The notes: a model not told the origin generated them from the letters alone. A DNA stretch of 63,930 nucleotides, filler included, from Cercozoa sp. M6MM (GCA_040357565.1; 13 parts of 13 records of this genome joined end to end with filler, not necessarily neighbours in it), one strand, 5' to 3'. Counted from the first letter of the whole stretch, positions 15,657 through 29,306 are shown. Translations and numbers: made by a program.

Positions 15657-15870
15657 ACCACTGTACAGAGTTCAGGAAGTGTTCAGCTCGAAAGCTAGGG
15701 CCAGGAATTACAGCAGCGCGGCCAAGCTAGCGTGGCTACAAAAAACCGTGAAGCAAACTGATTGGTCATCAGACTTGTGTGACGGTTCATTTTCGGCGGT
15801 CCGGGCGGAAGTTCTCGCAACCAACTCCTCGATTTCAACGTTCCCGTAAGAAGCTGCCGAGCGAGCTCTA

Positions 15871-18800
15871 ATGTTCACTAACTTTGCGGCGAGCTCACCA
15901 AATCGGACACCTGCCTCCCCTGGTGATGTTTACTCGGGGTACGACGCAGAAGCTGCACCTTCGCTCGCAGCAGCTGATGCTCCCTCGACACAAATGCGAC
16001 TTCCAACAGGCGCTCGTCTCGGTACAGCCGCATTGGCTGGCGGCTTTGGCGTGCGGCCGATGACGAGCGATGCAGGTGCTGGTTTCTCCGCGGCGAGAGG
16101 AGCGCTGCAAGGTTCCTCGCGCTCGGGTACTGTCTCAACTCAGTAGATTGATCCGGGCGCACAGCTTGCGCTAACATTGAAACCGTGCTGACATTCATGT
16201 AGGGAAAGAAAGGCATCCAACTGCACCTCTTGAGGCACGCGAAGCGCTGACTTCGGCAGCAAAAGCGCGCATGGCGGAGAGCGGAATCCACCGACTTCTC
16301 GAAGCGAGTGCGGTGGCCCGCCTACGTCGTGACTTTGCAACTTCGCTAGAGAAAGTACGCTTTCTGTATGAAGTACTTGATACAGAACACTGTCGATTTT
16401 TCGGTTGCAGGCAAAAACAGCTGCAAAACGTGAACGCGCGCTGTCAGCGTACCGCGAGAAGCATGGTGACGCGACAAAGGTCGAAATCACCGTTGCCGTT
16501 TTCTTCAACCTGGCGTCTGCCTTCGAAAAGTGCGGCAGGTGGGAAGAAGCGTTACAGACGTACGCTGTGTTGTTGCGAAGAGGAAAACGCGGCAGCAGCT
16601 TGCCTCATGCAGGACGACTCCGCGTAAACATGGGCAACTGCCACTTCCATCTCGGGCACTACGCCAAGGCGGCAAAGCTCTACCGTATGGCGATGGACGA
16701 ATTGGCGCGATTTTCTCCTCGACTAAAGGCACGGATTTTGGGCAATCTCGCAGCTTGTGCCATTCGCATGCGTCGCTTTGCTGATGCAATTGCCGCACTG
16801 GAAGAACTGATGTCGGTTCGACCAGAACCTCGTGCAGCTATGAATTTGCTCATGTTGTACATGGCTCTTGGTGATGACGGCAAGATTCGCCGAGGTTTTC
16901 AGAGACTGGTGAGATGTGAAATGATGCGAGACCCTCTCGACCCAGGGCAGGTATTTTAGCTTATTGACTCGTACGACCCAGTCGCAACTGTGACCTGTCT
17001 GAGCACTTGTTTGCAGAAAGGAGACGTCATCGGCGATGACATAGAAGAAAACGACACGAGCACAGGACAGGAGACGCGAAGGCAGCGCGTCAGTCGTGCA
17101 AAAGCTCGCTTACTTGCCCACCGAGCAGATGAGTTGGCAAATTTGTGTTCTCGCACAAATGAGCGAGTAAAGAAAGCAATCATCCAAGCCGCCCAAGTTA
17201 TCGCACCAGCGCTGGTACACCAAAACGATGAAGACGTTTTGAAAGGAGACCAAGCACAGGGTGCGGAAGGAGAGACGCTACAGGCTGCGAAATCGATGGA
17301 CTGGGCAATACGACAGGTGCTCGCCCGTGCGGGAGCGTCAAGTCGAGTAGACTTGGATGCACCGCTGGTTGAATTCGAACCTGACTTGGAGCAACCGCAC
17401 TTTGTGGACGAAGAGAACGAAGACGAACTCAATGGATTTGAAACGCGTGGTATTGGCGGCGTGTTTGGAGGGTGCAACGTTGATGAGCTTGCTTCTGTCG
17501 CACGCGAACTACAGATGAGCAAAGGTGTGATGCTTCTTGAAGGCAAAGAGATCGACGCCGCAATCGACGTGTTCAGCAGCCTCGAAACTGGCAAGACCAC
17601 TGGCTCGAACGAAGTCAAGGGCGACAACGCAAACACACAAAGCGGCAATGTTGATCTTGAAGGGCGTGCGGCTGTGAACCTCTCCTTCATGTACCTAATG
17701 GAAAACGAACTGGACCAAGCCGAAAAGTATGCGCAACAAGCCGTGCACGCCGATCGATACAGCGCACTCGCGCTTGTAAACAGAGGAAATTGCCATGTGC
17801 TACGCGGTGAACTCGAGGAAGCCAAAGATACCTTTCTGGAAGCAATCGGTATCCGCGCGGACTGCGTCGCCGCGATCTACAACCTTGGTCTCGTGTGTCG
17901 ACGACTCGGACGGCCTGATGAAGCACTCCAAGCTTTTCGAAAGCTATACCGCGTGTTGCCAGAGAATGAACAGGTCTTGTCGCAACTTGCGGCACTGTTT
18001 GAGAGTGAAGATAATCCCGAACAAGCAGAGGTACGTATCGCGTTTCTCTTCCATTGAATCAAAGCGTTTGTTTTGAGTCAGGAGTGGCTCAAGTTGCTTG
18101 CTGCACGCACCGATTCTCGAGACTCTCAGGTGTGCGTACGTTTGAGCGAGCTGCCTCATTTGTCGGAAGACCAGGCGGCAGCACATCTCGCCGATGCGCA
18201 CCGAGCTCTGCCGTCGAACCCCGATGTGGCGGCGCGACTCGCCGTGTGGCATGCTCGCAAGGGTGCACTCCGTGAAGCTGCCATCTACTTCCGCGATGCC
18301 GCCGATACTGCGAGTGATCCGACGAGCACCGATGCACTGAAGTGGCGTCTGTTGGCTGTACCACGTGCTTACCTCCTGTACCTTGTTACAACATTCCTCC
18401 AACGCTCTTCAGGCGGGTTGCTTGCGTCGCCTTCGCCGGCTGGAAGAGGCGTGCGACGAGTACCGACGAGTCATTCGCATCGATCCCGATAACGAAGAAG
18501 CGCTGAGCTACCTTTCGAGACTGGCAACGCAGCTAAACCACGAAGATGCCACGGTGATCCGTCAGAAACTTGCAAGTCTGCAGCAAAAGACGTCGCAGCC
18601 ACTGCATGCAGGAAGATTGCACGGGCAACAAGTTGCTACAAGCATCGACACTGGCGTGTTTGGTTCGAAGGCAGAACGCCACGCAGACGAAACTGAAGAA
18701 CTCGGTCAAGTCTTTGAGCAGGCAGCTGAGCCAGCCGAATTAAACAATCGCGATACCTCACGGTCAGAGCGACCGCGCACCGCCTTCAACGCTGACGTGT

Positions 18801-18877
18801 TCAACGATGAGTCCGATAACGTGGAGGCGCTACTGCCTGATGACGAAGACGAGAGTGAAAACGTTCTTGCACTGTAG
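15871..18877 (+). CDS. IFT88: Intraflagellar transport protein 88 (TPR repeats)
   Basis: N-terminal RPMTS..GAGF, then AKTAAKRERAL, VFFNLA, GRLRVNMGN, AAVNLSFMYL, ADRYSALALVNRGN, AIYNLGL, KWRLL|AGCLRR, and an acidic C-terminus ending ...ALLPD. Confidence 0.92.
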
Positions 18878-19091
18878 TAGTTCTAACGTGTCCACTTCTC
18901 AGCTTGAACAGTAAGTTTACACACAGCTTGTGTCACTAACAACAAATGTGACCGCCGACCGGACCCGGCCCTTGTTGCCAATGATAGATTAAGAAGCACA
19001 ACCGGGAGTGTAAAAGTTAGTCTTGCCGGAGTCTATCAGCTATTAACCGTTGTTTGATGGCACGAAGTACAAGCTGACGATCATTCTACAT

Positions 19092-19143
<52 letters not shown>

Positions 19144-19243
19144 NNNNNNNNNNNNNNNNNNNNNNNNNNNNNNNNNNNNNNNNNNNNTTAATTAATTAAN
19201 NNNNNNNNNNNNNNNNNNNNNNNNNNNNNNNNNNNNNNNNNNN

Positions 19244-19293
<50 letters not shown>

Positions 19294-19335
19294 TAACAGG
19301 AAGGGGGGTAAAAGGAAGGCAAGAGGCAAACACTA

Positions 19336-20629
19336 CAGTGCTGACACGTGAAGGCGAAAGCGAGAGTGCCGACGCCGCCAAACACGGAGGGACGGACCCA
19401 TCTGTCCATAGGTTGGTAGAATTTGTACTGTGGGTGCACACGGACAGATGCGTGTACGACAGAGGCGGCTCATTCGGCGGGTGTTCCACTGGTAGTCGAC
19501 CCACCTACAATAGCATTGATCTGATGCAAACAGAGGGGGAGGGGTGGGGAGTACAAATGAATAGGGTGGAGTACCTTGTCCGAGGTGCGAAACACGACGG
19601 CGGCAACGATGACAAACACGGCCAGCACCGAGAGCGACGACGTCTTGGCCAACGAAGACATATTGCGCAGCAGCGACAGCGGCAGCACGATCAGCAGCGA
19701 CACGAAACACACGACCCAGCGACGGTCAAAGTACCACGCACTGTCAAGAGAGAGGTGACCCAGGGGATGTAAAGAAGGGAAAGTAGGGGGGGGGGGGGGT
19801 AAGCAGAAGCTACTCACTGCCAGTCCAGTGCCTCAATACGACCGGCGCCGTGTCGCCAATGATCACAAGGTAGCCGCACATGGCACCGTACGCGAACACG
19901 AACATGGCCGCCGATATCATCACAAAACCCACGCGTCCATACACGTGTCTACACACGCAATCACTCCCTTAAACATAAGCATGCAACATCCTAAATCAAA
20001 AAGGAACTCACTTGCACAGCGCCTCCAGACCGTGTTGTCGTGTGTCCTTGCCGAGCGCCACCAGCATGCGAATGGTGCACACCGTCGACAGGGCCACAAA
20101 CACCAGCAAGAAGATGCCGGCACCAAAGCCACTCCTCCTGATGGCATACGGCACGCCGATAACGCCTGCTCCGAGGATCGTGTTGGCCAGGTTGATTGAG
20201 GCACCCAAACGCGAACCTTTGCCGTCTGTTGCAACACCAGCATATCATGGTATTCACAGTGGTACAATCCCCAGGTACCGCCATTCAAGTGTTCGTCAGT
20301 GTTGTCCTCCAGCACGCCTTCATCGTCCTCGGCAAAGAGCACTTTTGGTTCTGCACACCACAAAAAAACTCAATCAGATGATCAGATGAAATGAAGCACA
20401 CACTAAAGACACCATCAGTGGATTCGTTGAAGCCGTCGTTGCAGAACGTGCTCGTCGGGTGCAGTTCGCTCGTGTCGTCAAAGAAATAAGAACGCGCGTG
20501 TTCGCCGTCTTCGGGTGTTGTCGCCTCATGCACCGGTGACAAGTCTGGGCCCTCGATCGAGTCAAAGGAGTCCCCATTCACCGTCACCTGTGCGTTGGCT
20601 TCGGCGCTCAGCAGCGGCGTCGCTAGCAT
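19336..20629 (-). CDS. Amino acid transporter, SLC38/Aa_trans family (3'-partial)
   Basis: GASINLANTILGAGVIGVPYAIRRSG, YGAMCGYLVIIGD, IVLPLSLLRNMSSLAKTSSLS, GTLAFAFTCQH. Confidence 0.9.
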
Positions 20630-20869
20630 CCAAAGCCACCTGCGTCACCTGCGTCACCTGCTTTACCTGCTTGATCGACTTCTAGTCTTGCTTTACCGTC
20701 AAACGCACCCAATACTCTTGCAGCCCGCAGCAACGCCCGTCTCAGCTTTTTGCACGGAGCCGTTTCAAAAAATAAATCCGACTGTTGCGTTCAAACAGCG
20801 CTTGACTCGTCGACACAGCTTCTTGTGCGTGTCGCAAATCCAACCACGTTCGGGCAGTCGAGGCGCGTG

Positions 20870-23800
20870 ATGAGCCGCCAGCCCTTTTGGTTAAAGGCAC
20901 GCTGGACGCTTCGCGCAGCGGCCAGCATCCGCCGTAATCGTGCAGCGTGGACGTGTGTATCTGATGCATAGAGCGCTATGTGTAGCGCGTGGACGCGTTC
21001 GCTACTATGCTGCGTCGGATCCAGTATTCGCGGTATCAATATTATACAATAGATGTTTGTGTGACTGAGTTTTGTTTGTTGCGACAAAGGCCGAGCAAGC
21101 CGTACAGTCGTACCATAAGGTGCAGCGCAGTGAGGTGCGACAGGCGTCGCGTGATGCCGTTCTGATTGGCCGGACGATCCGATCAGAGCCGCTGCGCATG
21201 CAGCGCGACTCGAGACACGCCGTGCCAGTATCCATCCTGCTGGAGCGCTTTGAAAACGAGAGTCGAGAGCACGCGAGTCGAAACGATGGAGACACCGAAC
21301 AGAGCGAGGGCTGCTTCCAGTCGCAAGAGCTGCAGGCTGCGCGTCGCGTACTGGCCGCCTATGCCTCGCTCAAGTATGTCTCCGTGTCTCCGTGTCTCTG
21401 TGTCTCTGTGTCTCTGTTCTCTGTGTTGATGAGGCTTGCTTTGACAGGCGTCAGATTCGAGTGATGGGCGGTCGTGAAACAGTCGAACGCGTGGTGGCTC
21501 TGTTGCCGCAGGAGCACCAGCCTGTTGCATGGGTAGTCCTAGTCACCATCCTTTCACCTTGCCTTTAATACCCCTGATACCCGAGCGGGCTACAGGAAGT
21601 GGTACACAACGAGCACCGACTGACGATGAAATCAACCGAGTCGGCACGTGCACTGTGGTCTTTTCTGAGACGTCAGGGCACGCGTGAAACGGTACCAACA
21701 CACACACACGCACACGCAAACACACACACGCACAGGCGCACACACATACACGCACACGCGCACACACACGTGTGTGTGTGTGTGTCAGTAGTCAAGTAAG
21801 GGGTACTGTGTCTGTGTGGTCGCAGCTCGGACAGGTGACGGTGACGCCGTGCGACGATGTGTTCGTGCGCACCGACGCCGCCGTGGCCGACGCGGAGGCC
21901 TCGCTGGACGGTTACCACATGCTGCCGCACTCACAACTGGCTCACGCGACTGCGCGGGTACATTCTGACTGACTGGACCCATGCGTGCGTATGGGGTCTG
22001 ACCGAGGTGCCTGTGTGCTACGATCTTAGAAGATGCAAGGCGAGTGGCTGCACATGAGCGAGGTGCCACGTGGCACATTGACGCACCTGTGTGAATTGCG
22101 TGCTCTCAGGCAGGTAGGAAAGTTCCCAGTTCGGTATCATTTGGCACCTGCACGTGTGAACTGATTCAGGTGCAGTCGCATCAGTTGGCCTGCGCTGTCT
22201 TCTGCAGCGACAAGCCGGTCGAGACATTGCAGTACCTGCTGACACAGCCATCTTCAATCACACAAGGACAAGGTTGTTTGACACGCACACACACGCGCGC
22301 GCACACACACTTCGAGTATGTCTTGTGTTACATGTCTGTGTCTCTCAGAGAACAAGATTGTCACGGTGGCTACGGCATGTGTCGTCAGTGCGTTGACTAC
22401 GGGTGTGGACTTCCGACTCGTGGCACTTCTGCAACAACTGGGTAATGCACGTGTCAAATCACACGGATGACTTGATCTGACTGGAGTGTATGCACACGGC
22501 GTGTTGTAGCCACCGTGTGCGCCAGTGACGACAGTTCCGTGGAGCAACTGACCGCACTGGCCAAGTCGTGTGCCGAGGTGTGCATGCTCGAGGGCCACGT
22601 CTCTCTCGCAGTGGTACCAGTGCACACGTGCCAACTGGAGGTCACTTAATCAATTGGGACTCACGTACACGTGTGCGTGCGCAGGCACGGCAGGACGTGG
22701 CGGCAGTGGCGCGGGTGATGCAGTCGGTCCGATCGATTCGCGCGCAGCTGACGGCCCAATTGGCTGGTGTGACAGGTACCTCTCTCGAGAGAGAACGCTC
22801 CCTTAATTGCGTCCAGATACGCCTCTTGTACTCTTAATACAGAACAGGTCGAGGAGGACGAAATCTGTTTGGACGACCCGGTGGAACAGCGTTTCTTGAC
22901 TCTGATGCTCAAGATCGGCGATCTCGAGCAGGCCGGTACTTGATGTTGCCTGTGGTCACTGTGTGCATGTGACTGTGTGATCGTCGTGTGGTGACTGTGT
23001 GTGGTCACTCTTTCTATGTGTGATCATTCTCCGTGCTGATCACAGGCCACGTGATCTCGCAACTGGAGCAGCAGCAGGTGTCACCGTCGCGTCAGATGGT
23101 GACAGCACTGGTGACTCTGAGCGTGCCTCACCCGGAGAGTGCCGTCTTTACCTACGCCGTGGCACAGGCGGCGCAACTCGCCGCGCACACTGACGCCACC
23201 TTTAACGACTCGGCCGACTCAACGGTGGCCATGTGGCTACACGCCATGCGACACGTGTCACGGCATGCCGTGCATCTGATCGGACCGACTCTGCTGGTGG
23301 CACTGCACGATTTCCGCTTACTCGGGTAAACGTCGGTCACTCAGTGTGTTCATTGTGTGTTCAGTGGGGCTATATGTCTTTCACCCGTAGCGAGACCAGA
23401 GAAACCGAACTTGGCGCGTGCGTGGCCAAAACGCTGGAGACACTCGCGTTGGACGAGAACGACTGCGCCGCCTTTGTCGTGTCTGTTGCGGAGTCGCTGT
23501 CGCAATGGTACCTTTCATTCACACCTCCCCTGCCCCCTGTATGCCTACATACTTCTCGCTGTTTTCAGTCAAGTACCACAGCGTCAAAAGACTGAACTGT
23601 TGCGAGTGCTGCTGCATGCGTTGGCGCAGACTCCGCAGGCAACGATTGACACTGCTGCCACAGTGCTAAAGGACACGGCTGCACTCAGGTACTCCCCGTG
23701 ATACTCACACCTTTTTATCACCCTCCACCTTCCCCGGCAGGTGGAGTGTCGACGAGATCGACCTGATCGTGCTGACTGCGCGACTGTTCGGCGGGCGCGG

Positions 23801-24529
23801 AGACGACGCGGTGCTCTCCTTCGTGCAGCAGCAGCTCGGCGCGACGCGGAAACGCTGTACTCGCGCACAGTTGCTCCAGTTGAAGCGTGTCCTGTCCGAG
23901 GCCTGTCCGAGTATGCTATCCCCGATACGCTGTCCACACACCTTACTCCCCCTGGACAGACGAGAGCAGCCAAGTGGCGCAGGTGCTGCAGGCGCTGCCG
24001 TATGATGATTTAATCTTCGACCTTGCCGCTGTCGACACCGACGGCCAAAATGATAACGACAGTGTTGCGCTTGCGTCGGCGCTGCGACTTGGTTTGTTTG
24101 GCTGTTGTTGTGTCTATCTGCTTGTCCGAAGTGTTGATGGTGCAGGCAATTTGGAGCAAGTGTCGGCCCGACTGGTTGACTCGTCGGATGAGGAGCTGCT
24201 GCGGGATGTGAGCGGCTCACCCCTGTTCATGCACGCGCTACTTCAGGGCGCGTGCAACAACAACACCGAAAAGGCCCTCGCTTTGCTGCATCGGTACATG
24301 GCTTAACTTGTTTTTCTGGTTTCGTGTTTGAGCATACACGCTTCCTCACAGGTGGTTCCGACACGAGCCGCAGTGTCTCCGACAGGCGCAGCACACGCTG
24401 ACCCATTTGCAGGTACCTGTACTCCTATGATATGCACTCCGTTTTCCACAGCATGGTTGTGCGCAGGATGATGTGAACGTTGCGCTGCGCCAGGTCGAAC
24501 TGCTCGAGACGCGACTAAGAGCTTGTTGA
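20870..24529 (+). CDS. Large multi-exon helical hypothetical protein (boundaries approximate)
   Basis: Many short exons joined by GT-AG introns (many with GTAC donors), with Leu/Ala-rich helical segments. No family recognised. Confidence 0.5.
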
Positions 24530-25033
24530 TCATCATATTTTGTTGGGTTACAGTGTAGAAAATCAATACTGTACACTTGACGACTGTAGCCTGTTCCAAG
24601 TCGCGGGCTCACGGACATCATTTTTAAATTGATAGAGGCGTACATTGTGTGTGCGGGTGTCCAGCTCTGTCATAGAGGACAGCTGGGGCGCTAACATCGG
24701 TCTGGTCGGGAATTGTTGACTTTTCGTTCGCGAGCGATCAGCTGATCTTACGTTTTCCGTACGCGCACTTCCAAGGTACCCGAATGCTTGATTAATCGCA
24801 CTTTCAGCTTGCCATGTTCTTATGTTTATTGTGGTTTGACATTAGATGGAGTCTCCTCACCGATCTGGTATTTTTTGTTCTTGTTGATTTTTACATCTTG
24901 TGATCGCTCTTTTTTGTCAGGGCTGTTGTCCTCACCTCGGTTTGCGTCGTTGTTCTCCGATACTGATGGTATCGCGTGGTGTAGTTGTGTCGTTTTTTGT
25001 TTCTTGCTAATGTTATCTTAACCAACCGCAGCA

Positions 25034-26767
25034 GTGCCCAGTCTGTTCTCGCGTGCGCAAAGCTGGTTGCGGCCGGCCTCGCCGGAGCATTCGCCGTCGC
25101 CGTCCCGCTCACCGCTGCTTGACGACCCAATCAACGATCCTATCGCACCTATCGGCGACCGCCGTTTTGGTGACTACCCGAACAACTCACCCGACTACTC
25201 GAACAACTCCACACCCGGCATGTCGCCCATGCTCGGTGAGGATCTTTCGAGAGGGTGTGAGGAGAGTGCATGATGTTGCTTCAATTATATAGATCAGGAA
25301 CCCGAGTACGTACCTGGTCCCGGCGCTGCCGACGACGACATGTTTCACGAGCAGCTGTGGAGCAAGCTATACTCTCATCTCAAGCGACATGGTACATTAG
25401 GGTATACTGTGTTAGTGGATACACAATCTCATGCTGCTTGTGTGCAGAGTGGTTTCGAAAGATTGACGAAATCCTGATGAGCGAGTTTGGACGTGATTTC
25501 TTGCGCGATGAAGTTTGTTTTTTTGTGCTTTTAAACCAGACACTCTCGATCACGCAGAGTTCCGTGGTTTGCAGGAAGAAGACCGGGGCATGTTTACTTC
25601 AACCGACAATCTTCTCGATAGTCTTCATTCGAGGCAGCAGTTTCAACAACAGTCCCAGCAGCAGCCACAGCAACAGCAACAACAGATCTCGGCCGAAAAT
25701 GTTTTCATGATTCTGCGTGAGGAGCTTCGTGCATCGCCGGGTGCGCTTGATAACTTTGGCGTCTTTCGTGGCAACGTGCGACGGCGCCTCGGCAGCTACG
25801 ACACCGATCGCTTCGATCTGCTGTTTCGCGGCTTTTGGGTACCCTCTTCTCGCTCGGTGGTGGTGTGGTGGCATAGCGCTCATTGGGACCCTGTCATGGC
25901 GCTTTGTGTTTCCGCGAGCGCAGGTGATGGCACGCACGGTGACGGCATTCCAGCAGCGACTGGATTCGCAACGCAACTGGCTTTCGTCGCAGTTGGACAG
26001 TTTCTTGCGCAGCATGCGTTCTTCAATGCCGTCCATGCCTTCCATGCCCTCAATGCCCTCAATGCCTTCTATGCCATCAATGCCTTCCATGCCTTCCATG
26101 CCTTCCATGCCTTCACTCACGTCGGTGCCATCGCGGCTGCTGTCAATCACGAAAACACCGGCGCAACAGCAGCAGCAGCAGCAGCAGGAACAGCACAGTT
26201 CAGATGTGCCTCCGTCCGCCTTTTTGCCACAGAGTAGAAGTGCTTGTATATATGTCTCCTGTTGCGCGTGCTGATTGATTGCCGTGTTTCCTGTGTGACC
26301 AGGGCACCGACAGGACTCGGTTACAGAGATGCTGCAAACCGGCAACAGACGAAGGCCGCGTCAACAACTTGTCGTTCATCACGAGACCTTTGATTTCGAC
26401 CAGCACGCCACCAAGAGGCGGAGGATACCGTCGCCCACCTCAGCCACGTGTCAGCAACAACAACCATCTCAGCCACAACAGCCGCAGCAGGGTCAGGCCA
26501 CCGTCGGTGCGCATGGTACAGAGCGCATGCGTCCTGTGTGGCACTACGCTGAGTGTCCACCTTTTTATACTTGATGCGAGTATTCTCGCAGGACTGCCCG
26601 ACGTGTTCAGTGAGTCAGAAATTTGTCAAGATGCCGCGACCGGCGACGTTATGGAGCAACGCGCTATTGACGTATCACGCTGGACCCTTCTTGCTCAACG
26701 GATTCGCGATGACTTGGACCATGCCACTTCCCGTCCACCACTGACTAGTGCATCGCATGGCTCTTAA
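25034..26767 (+). CDS. Hypothetical protein with poly-Q and (SMP)n repeat
   Basis: Spliced exons, with about ten tandem Ser-Met-Pro codon triplets at about 26020-26115. Confidence 0.55.
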
Positions 26768-26973
26768 CGATCGCGACATGACCGTAAATGCAGTAAGCTA
26801 ACGTAAAGCTCTCCCATTCCGCCCGGTCGTAGTGCGTTTTTACTGCGCTGGTTGACGTCTGAAGTAAGGTCACTTTTTATATTTACGGACTCGGAAAATA
26901 CGATGCGCAGTCCGGACTCCAGCCGCTTGTCTGCAGATTTCTATACACACTATCCGCCACGGTGAAAGTCTTA

Positions 26974-28477
26974 ATGCTACCCAGGCTGAACGAGCGCTTT
27001 CAAAGGCAGCTCGAACAGCAGGAGGAAATCGGCGAGTCAAGCCACCGCTCCACGGTTTCGCGTTTTTTGAGGCACTCTGCGAAAAAGCAGCGGCGCACTG
27101 AAGAACTCGTTTCCCAGCGCCGAGAGTACGACAGAGTTAAGCGCGACTTTCAGGTACACCAAACGCTTGTTAAGACAGAGGTTCACTCAAGCCTTGATGC
27201 TTTACAGCCCTGGGCCGGTGCGACAACAGAGTCGCGAGTCACTCTTGACTCGGAGCGTACGATGCTGGAGGAACTCGAAGACAAAGAGTTTTACGACTGC
27301 GTGCGAAGACTTCGTTTACTTGCTGCCTCACGTTCAAATTCTTCCTCAACCTTGCAGAGTAAAAGCGAGGCGAGCGAAGAGCCGCCGAGCGAGGTAGACT
27401 TTGCACTAGTCGGAGATACCATCCGTCGCTTGCATCGTGCAAGACAGCGTTTCCTGGCGACTCGAAACGCAGCACAGGACGCAGCTCTTGCTTCATCCGA
27501 GAGCGATCCGATCTTCAGGTACCTTCTCTTTGCCCTGACGGTGCCTGATCTAAGCTATGAGTGGACTTAGTCTGCGATGGCTGGAGCGTGTATGGGTTCG
27601 CGTGGCCACAGACGGCGCGCTGACGCCGGCACAGTTCACCAATCTGTTAGAGCCGGTTCTCGGAGAACATTCCAGGGCTCTCAGGGTGCTTTTCGAAAAG
27701 ATGGACGCAAACGCCGACGGAGAAGCTATGTCCTCAAGGAGAGTACGCACTACTGGGAACTCGCCCAAGCGACGCACACGCATTTGCTTCGCATGCTCGA
27801 TGTGATACCCCGCGCAGTCGACGTGCGATTGGTGTCGACCGCGTGTGCTCCTCATGGAGTCAGTCGCCTCATGCTGCTCAACACGAACTTTGACGAAGCT
27901 ACTGCAGCGTCACAGCCAATGTCGAAAGTGCGACGCGATTTGTTGATTGCGAGCTGTCGCGAGAAGGGCGACAATGTCGTCGCTGCCTTTGACGCAGAGT
28001 CGTTGCGCTTCGTGTGCCGAGTTCCGCTGAGCGGAGCTACCGAAACCAGCGTCATCGGCGGCGGTGACAACATGCCGGCCAGTGCTGCCTCCTCGCAGAT
28101 GCAAGCGCAGCTGAACTTTGAGTTGCGACCACACTCACTGGAAACCTACGACGTCAAGCGCTCGGCAATTTCGGCGCCACGCTCTTCGCAAAGTGGATCA
28201 CTGACTAACTTCTTAGCACCTCGTGTGAGCAAGCGCTCGTTGTTTCCGCATGTCGACATTGCTGTGTCGAATGGCAAGCTGTGTGTCGCGTCACTCGACC
28301 GATCCATTCAGTTCTTTTCTCCCGGTAGTTTGTAATCATCTGGGTTTCTGTATCACCTTTAATTTAAATGTCAATCTATGTGACCTGAATAGCCCGCGTA
28401 AAAACCGCCGAAAGCGTGAACAAACAACCGGTTCGATTTGTGCCAACTTCCACGATGCACTGCATTGATACACCTCG
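26974..28477 (+). CDS. EF-hand plus WD40-repeat protein (WDR49/WDR64-like), 3'-partial, with an apparent frameshift
   Basis: LTPAQF..LL...LRVLFEKMDANADGE (EF-hand), followed by WD-like segments (LLIASCREKG..VAAFD; LCVASLDRSIQFF). Frame break at about 27722. Confidence 0.55.
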
Positions 28478-28592
28478 GTACCGACGGCTGTTCCATGTTT
28501 TCCATGTCTTGATACGTTTCCGTGTCATGATACTTTTCCATGTCTTGATACGTTTCCGTGTCATGATACGTTTCCATGTCATGATACATGTG

Positions 28593-28642
<50 letters not shown>

Positions 28643-29005
28643 NNNNNNNNNNNNNNNNNNNNNNNNNNNNNNNNNNNNNNNNNNNNTTAATTAATTAANN
28701 NNNNNNNNNNNNNNNNNNNNNNNNNNNNNNNNNNNNNNNNNNCCCCCGTTGTTAACCCTGTCCCCGTACTACAGTGCAACATGCGAGCGGGCGATGTGCC
28801 GCCGCCTGCTGCCGGCAGTGCGCGCAGTTTCCTCAAGATCCCGCTGCGCATCGACACCGCCGTGCAGTGTGAATGAGGATGCTCCGTGCATGCGGGACAC
28901 GACACTAAGCTTTCATTCATCACACCAGTGCCCCCATCGCAATCGTTAATGCGTTGATTGGCGTCGGCAGTTCGTATGATACGATTTCGTTTGCGATGCT
29001 AATGC

Positions 29006-29306
29006 ACCCACCCCAGGACTGGCGCAGGGGGGGTTTGCATACGATAGTTGGTTTCTTAGTAGACTGAGCTACTACCGTACTAGTTAGTTAGTTGAGTCTT
29101 CTAGGAAACCAACTATGTAGTTCCCTGCACCGGTCCGGGGTGGGTCACAAGAGCATGACCGTGTCTACCGCCCGCTTACGTTAGGACCGTGTCTACCGCC
29201 CACTTACGTTAGGACCGTGTCTACCGCCCACTTACGTTAAGACCGTGTCTACCGCCCACTTACGTTAGGGTAGGACCCCAGACACCGAAGTCGACTTGGT
29301 TGGTGC
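29006..29306. mobile_element. Two tail-to-tail copies of the LINE 3' end (degenerate + copy 29006-29071; - copy 29082-29306 containing a 4 x 28-bp tandem duplication)
   Basis: 29082-29306 matches 39133-39296, including the (TAAC)n tail. 29044-29071 is an imperfect inverted copy of 29089-29116. Units GACCGTGTCTACCGCCC(A/G)CTTACGTTA(G/A) start at 29157, 29185, 29213 and 29241. Confidence 0.85.

Noticed and set aside
16956-17825. Long antisense ORFs (e.g. 289 aa opposite IFT88, also opposite MAP65 and RGS)
   Set aside because: Shadow ORFs of GC-rich coding sequence with no recognisable motifs.
29157-29268. Four 28-bp direct repeats resembling a CRISPR array
   Set aside because: There are no spacers, the context is eukaryotic, and the unit is a duplicated piece of the LINE 3' UTR.
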